NCBI GenBank assembly: GCA_965249545.1
Contig: CBDFMH010000001.1
Span: 45-64,044 of the forward strand
From: Pirellulales bacterium
GTDB taxonomy: Bacteria > Planctomycetota > Planctomycetia > Pirellulales > UBA1268
Reading direction: 5' to 3'
DNA: 64,000 bases
Made by a program: the position numbers and the translations under genes. The notes under the pieces are model-generated. The model did no database searches, was not told where the DNA came from, and worked only from the letters and a program-made list of their open reading frames with translations. This document shows, piece after piece, positions 61,017 through 64,000 of the stretch; position 1 is the first letter of the stretch, and each line of letters starts with the position of its first letter.

Positions 61017-61038
61017 ATGGAAAAATACATTTTTCCAT
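61017..61038. promoter_or_regulatory. Perfect 10-2-10 inverted repeat, candidate transcription-factor operator
   Basis: ATGGAAAAAT-AC-ATTTTTCCAT in the divergent intergenic region between the rhodanese and NRAMP-like genes. Confidence 0.45.
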
Positions 61039-61163
61039 TGTGTGGTGTTTTATTGACTGTCGAGGGGTGGTAGTCCTTGGTTTATTCATTGAATTGAACC
61101 TGCCATCTCATATGTTGCAAAAAAGTTTCAATTCCGTTTTGAGCAATAGCAAGGAATCCCTGG

Positions 61164-62852
61164 ATGAGTTCAGAAAAAAAGATGCACGATCGTCTGTTGA
61201 CAGAGCGATCACAACTTGAAGCCGCTCAAGCTGCTGGTGTTGGGCGTACGCTTGCAACGTATACACGACTATCGGGGCCAGGTTGGTTGCAGTCAGCCAT
61301 AACGCTCGGTGGTGGATCTCTGGCTGGATCGCTTTATTTGGGAGTCATTGGTGGGTATGAGTTTCTCTGGTTACAGCCCCTCATGATGATACTCGGGATC
61401 GTAATGCTTTCTGCGATTGCATACGTGACTCTCTCGACTGGAAAGCGACCGTTTCAGGCGATGAACGAGCATGTAAGTCCGGTACTCGGTTGGGGCTGGC
61501 TTCTGGCTGCAATGATGGCAAACCTGGTCTGGGCAATGCCGCAGTTTTCTCTGGGTACAGCAGCGCTCCAGCAGAATTTATTTCCACAATATCTTGCTGG
61601 TGATTCTGCGAAAAACATTTGCGTGCTTTGTTTGTTTTTACTCGCTGCTGCGGTGGTCTGGTTTTATGACTCACCAGGATGGGGAGTTAAAATCTTTGAG
61701 TTGTCTCTCAAAGCAATGGTCGGGCTTGTGGTGCTTAGTTTTTTTGGTGTTGTAGTGGCAATGTCCTGGAAAGGTGAATTGGATTGGGTAAGTATTGCCA
61801 AGGGTTTTGTGCCAGACTTCAGCCTTCTTTGGCGTCCAGTAACTGGGCTGCATGGCTTCATTGATGACTCAAGTGATCCTGGGTTTTGGACTGCAACAAT
61901 TCTTCGCGCGCAACGTGAACGGATGATAGCCGCTGCCGCTACTGCAGTTGGAATTAATATGACGTTTCTCTTGCCGTACTCAATGCTCCGTAAAGGCTGG
62001 GATCGAGCTTTTAGGGGACTTGCTGCTTTCGATCTATCAACAGGCCTCTTTATCCCGTTTCTTGTCGCAACGAGCTGTGTTGTGATTGCTGCTGCGAGCC
62101 AGTTTCATGCTCGATTTGATGAAAAATTTATCAATCAACCTGCTGCTAATATCACTGGTTCGTACAGGGATAACCTTGAAAAAAGGATTCAATCAGATTC
62201 CCTTTATAAGACTCGTTCCACTCCTCTTAGTCATTCAGAGATGAATGCAAAGATTGATGCTCTGCCGTCAGCGGATCGGAAGCTCGCGTATATGCTTATC
62301 AAGAGAGATTCCCTCGATCTTGCAACTGCTTTAGAAAACCTGTTCGGGAAAGGTGGTCTTACACAAAAAGTTTTTGGTATTGGCGTTCTTGGGATGGCTA
62401 TTTCAACGATAGTGATACTGATGGTTATTAATGGATTCTGTGTGACTGAGATGACAGGGCGTGATGGTGACCGAGTTGTTCAGCGACTTGGAGCACTATT
62501 GCCGGGTATTGTTGGTGGCCTTGGATTTCTTGCCTTGTGGGGAGATGATCAGGCAAGGTTCTGGCTTGCGGTGCCTACAAGTAATTTTGGCATGGTACTT
62601 TTGCCAATTGCATACATCGCATTCTTTTTCATGATGAATAGCCCATCTTTGCTTGGCGATGCCATGCCCAAAGGTAAGTTGCGGATTGTTGTGAACGCCG
62701 TAATGCTCGCGGCGATTATCGCTGCGAGTGTTGGTGCTGGCTTGAGCGTATGGGCGAATGTCGGCTGGATTGGTGTAGCTTTTGCAGTTGGATTTGTTGT
62801 GATTAGCGTGGTCAATGCGAGCTCGAAACAACCGGCATCGAAAAAACAGTAA
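61164..62852 (+). CDS. NRAMP-related (APC superfamily) transporter
   Basis: GPGWLQSAITLGGGS at TM1, about 11-12 TMs, AAASQFH, GMAISTIVILM; canonical DPGN motif absent. Confidence 0.72.
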   Translation: MSSEKKMHDRLLTERSQLEAAQAAGVGRTLATYTRLSGPGWLQSAITLGGGSLAGSLYLGVIGGYEFLWLQPLMMILGIVMLSAIAYVTLSTGKRPFQAMNEHVSPVLGWGWLLAAMMANLVWAMPQFSLGTAALQQNLFPQYLAGDSAKNICVLCLFLLAAAVVWFYDSPGWGVKIFELSLKAMVGLVVLSFFGVVVAMSWKGELDWVSIAKGFVPDFSLLWRPVTGLHGFIDDSSDPGFWTATILRAQRERMIAAAATAVGINMTFLLPYSMLRKGWDRAFRGLAAFDLSTGLFIPFLVATSCVVIAAASQFHARFDEKFINQPAANITGSYRDNLEKRIQSDSLYKTRSTPLSHSEMNAKIDALPSADRKLAYMLIKRDSLDLATALENLFGKGGLTQKVFGIGVLGMAISTIVILMVINGFCVTEMTGRDGDRVVQRLGALLPGIVGGLGFLALWGDDQARFWLAVPTSNFGMVLLPIAYIAFFFMMNSPSLLGDAMPKGKLRIVVNAVMLAAIIAASVGAGLSVWANVGWIGVAFAVGFVVISVVNASSKQPASKKQ

Positions 62853-62867
62853 CAGGCCTGTGACTCC

Positions 62868-63422
62868 ATGCCCTATGAGGACACTCTTCCACTGCTCGCA
62901 TCACTCCTGTTGCTTGCATCTGTTTTTATCTGGATGTGGCGATCAAGTGGACAGTACCAATGGGTGATTGTGGCACTGCTGGTATGTGCAGCCGGTTGCG
63001 GAGTGGCCACAATCGATTTTTTTATTCAGACTGATCGTGAGCAGGTAGAGCTCTTGCTGCCCGAGCTTGCTAAGGCTGTTGAGAAGAAAGATCTTGAGAC
63101 TCTCCTTGCTGCGATTGCTCCTGAAATACGACCGGTTCAGGAGCAGGCTAAGAAGGCAGTTTTAGAGATTAAGCCGAGGCGGGTTCTCATAACACGTCTC
63201 GAGGTAGATCTTCTGTACGGCCAAAAATTTCCTACGGCAGTCGCCAATTTGCTTGTTCGAGTCTCTGGTCGAATGGTAGGGAGAGAGGAGGGCGTCGCGA
63301 TTGTCAGCGCCACTGTGACGCTGGAGAAACGCAATCAGTGGCTTGTGACAGAGTGCATTATCAAACCAGCGGATCTTCTGCACAAAAGAGAAACAACACG
63401 GGCCGGACAGGTCATACGTTGA
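62868..63422 (+). CDS. Hypothetical protein, two TMs plus NTF2-like soluble domain
   Basis: Two N-terminal helices, then TDREQV...LAKAVE..D; beta-strand-rich C-terminus ending W.VT. Confidence 0.65.
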   Translation: MPYEDTLPLLASLLLLASVFIWMWRSSGQYQWVIVALLVCAAGCGVATIDFFIQTDREQVELLLPELAKAVEKKDLETLLAAIAPEIRPVQEQAKKAVLEIKPRRVLITRLEVDLLYGQKFPTAVANLLVRVSGRMVGREEGVAIVSATVTLEKRNQWLVTECIIKPADLLHKRETTRAGQVIR

Positions 63423-63435
63423 CCGCCGGCCCGTG
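63397..63435. terminator. Hairpin between convergent genes, probable terminator
   Basis: CACGGGCCGG/CCGGCCCGTG 10-bp stem plus inner GGTCA/TGACC; T-rich run (TTGTTTCTCTTTT) follows on the minus strand. Confidence 0.6.
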
Positions 63436-63457
63436 CCGCTACCAGTTGTTTCTTGGT

Positions 63458-64000
63458 CTAAGAGTTTGATCGAAGCACATTCTCTAAACTGAATGTGGTA
63501 TCAAATTCTTTTCCTTGTTCCTCAACAACTTTTTTATAATCACCAATCTGATTACTGATTTCTTCAATCACTCCAGGCTTTTTGCTGAGAGTAGGGTTTT
63601 CCATGATGCTTGCCTGCAACGCAGTGAGTCCTTCCTCGTACGCAGATTGTGCCGCCTCAAGATCACCAGCTTGCGCAGCTCGACCCGCTCGTTGCAGTGA
63701 TTCACGTGCTTTCATACCATCTGGTGTGGATCCGATTGTTGAGACCGCCATCCAATAGTCGTAGTTAAGCACGTCACGACATGAGCTAATGCCTCGATAG
63801 TTCTCTTTGGCATCACGAAGAAGGGCGCACAAGTTTTCTGCTTTCTCACGTTGGGATTCAGCAAGAGTACTAGCCGCCGTTTCCCATGAAACTGAAGTAG
63901 CATTCTTCGCATGAGATGCCAGGTCAGCTTGCTCGTCAGTCCTGTTTTCAGGGGCTGTCTGCAAGGCATCCTGTTGCTCTGGCGAGAGTGATTGCACACG
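63458..64000 (-). CDS. 3' part of a helical (TPR-like) hypothetical protein; start lies beyond the window
   Basis: Frame is open to the window edge. All-helical; NYDYW...AR...A...GDL..A...YE.G resembles C-termini of planctomycete proteins often labelled IRE (tentative). Confidence 0.6.
   Translation of the reverse strand, partial: RVQSLSPEQQDALQTAPENRTDEQADLASHAKNATSVSWETAASTLAESQREKAENLCALLRDAKENYRGISSCRDVLNYDYWMAVSTIGSTPDGMKARESLQRAGRAAQAGDLEAAQSAYEEGLTALQASIMENPTLSKKPGVIEEISNQIGDYKKVVEEQGKEFDTTFSLENVLRSNS

Noticed and set aside
1-64000. CRISPR arrays, IS elements, prophage, defence systems, rRNA
   Set aside because: No regularly spaced repeats, transposase, integrase, cas or phage genes, or rRNA-like sequence were seen by eye.

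Overview
A gene-dense 64 kb piece of bacterial chromosome. It is most likely from a Planctomycetota member (Pirellulales-like), inferred from the PVC-type heme-binding CxxCH protein, two sulfatases, several small Zn-ribbon proteins and a planctomycete-type small lipoprotein. About 55 CDS and one tRNA-Val(TAC) are supported. The left part (1-18 kb) is accessory-rich: a CzcB/CzcA-type RND pump, a PVC heme protein, a GH43, an esterase, a PHP hydrolase and two sulfatases, with rpsD and pdxH interspersed. The middle is mostly housekeeping: aspS, dcd, nth, folE, moaD-moaE-moaA with a cysteine desulfurase, IHF/HU, pyrD, trpS, acpS, topA, glgB, miaA, hisEG, futalosine-pathway mqnA/mqnC/deaminase and aroA. 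The best candidate for an undescribed system is the minus-strand run at 54.5-59.2 kb. It combines a polar amino-acid ABC importer, a selenoprotein-J/crystallin-J1-like ADP-ribosylglycohydrolase-fold protein with Cys at the apparent Sec position, and a stand-alone OvoA-type (ovothiol) methyltransferase with no sulfoxide synthase in the window. A two-rhodanese membrane fusion with a perfect upstream palindrome lies next to it. No CRISPR array, integrase, transposase or rRNA was seen. All family assignments come from motif recognition by eye, not from database searches.
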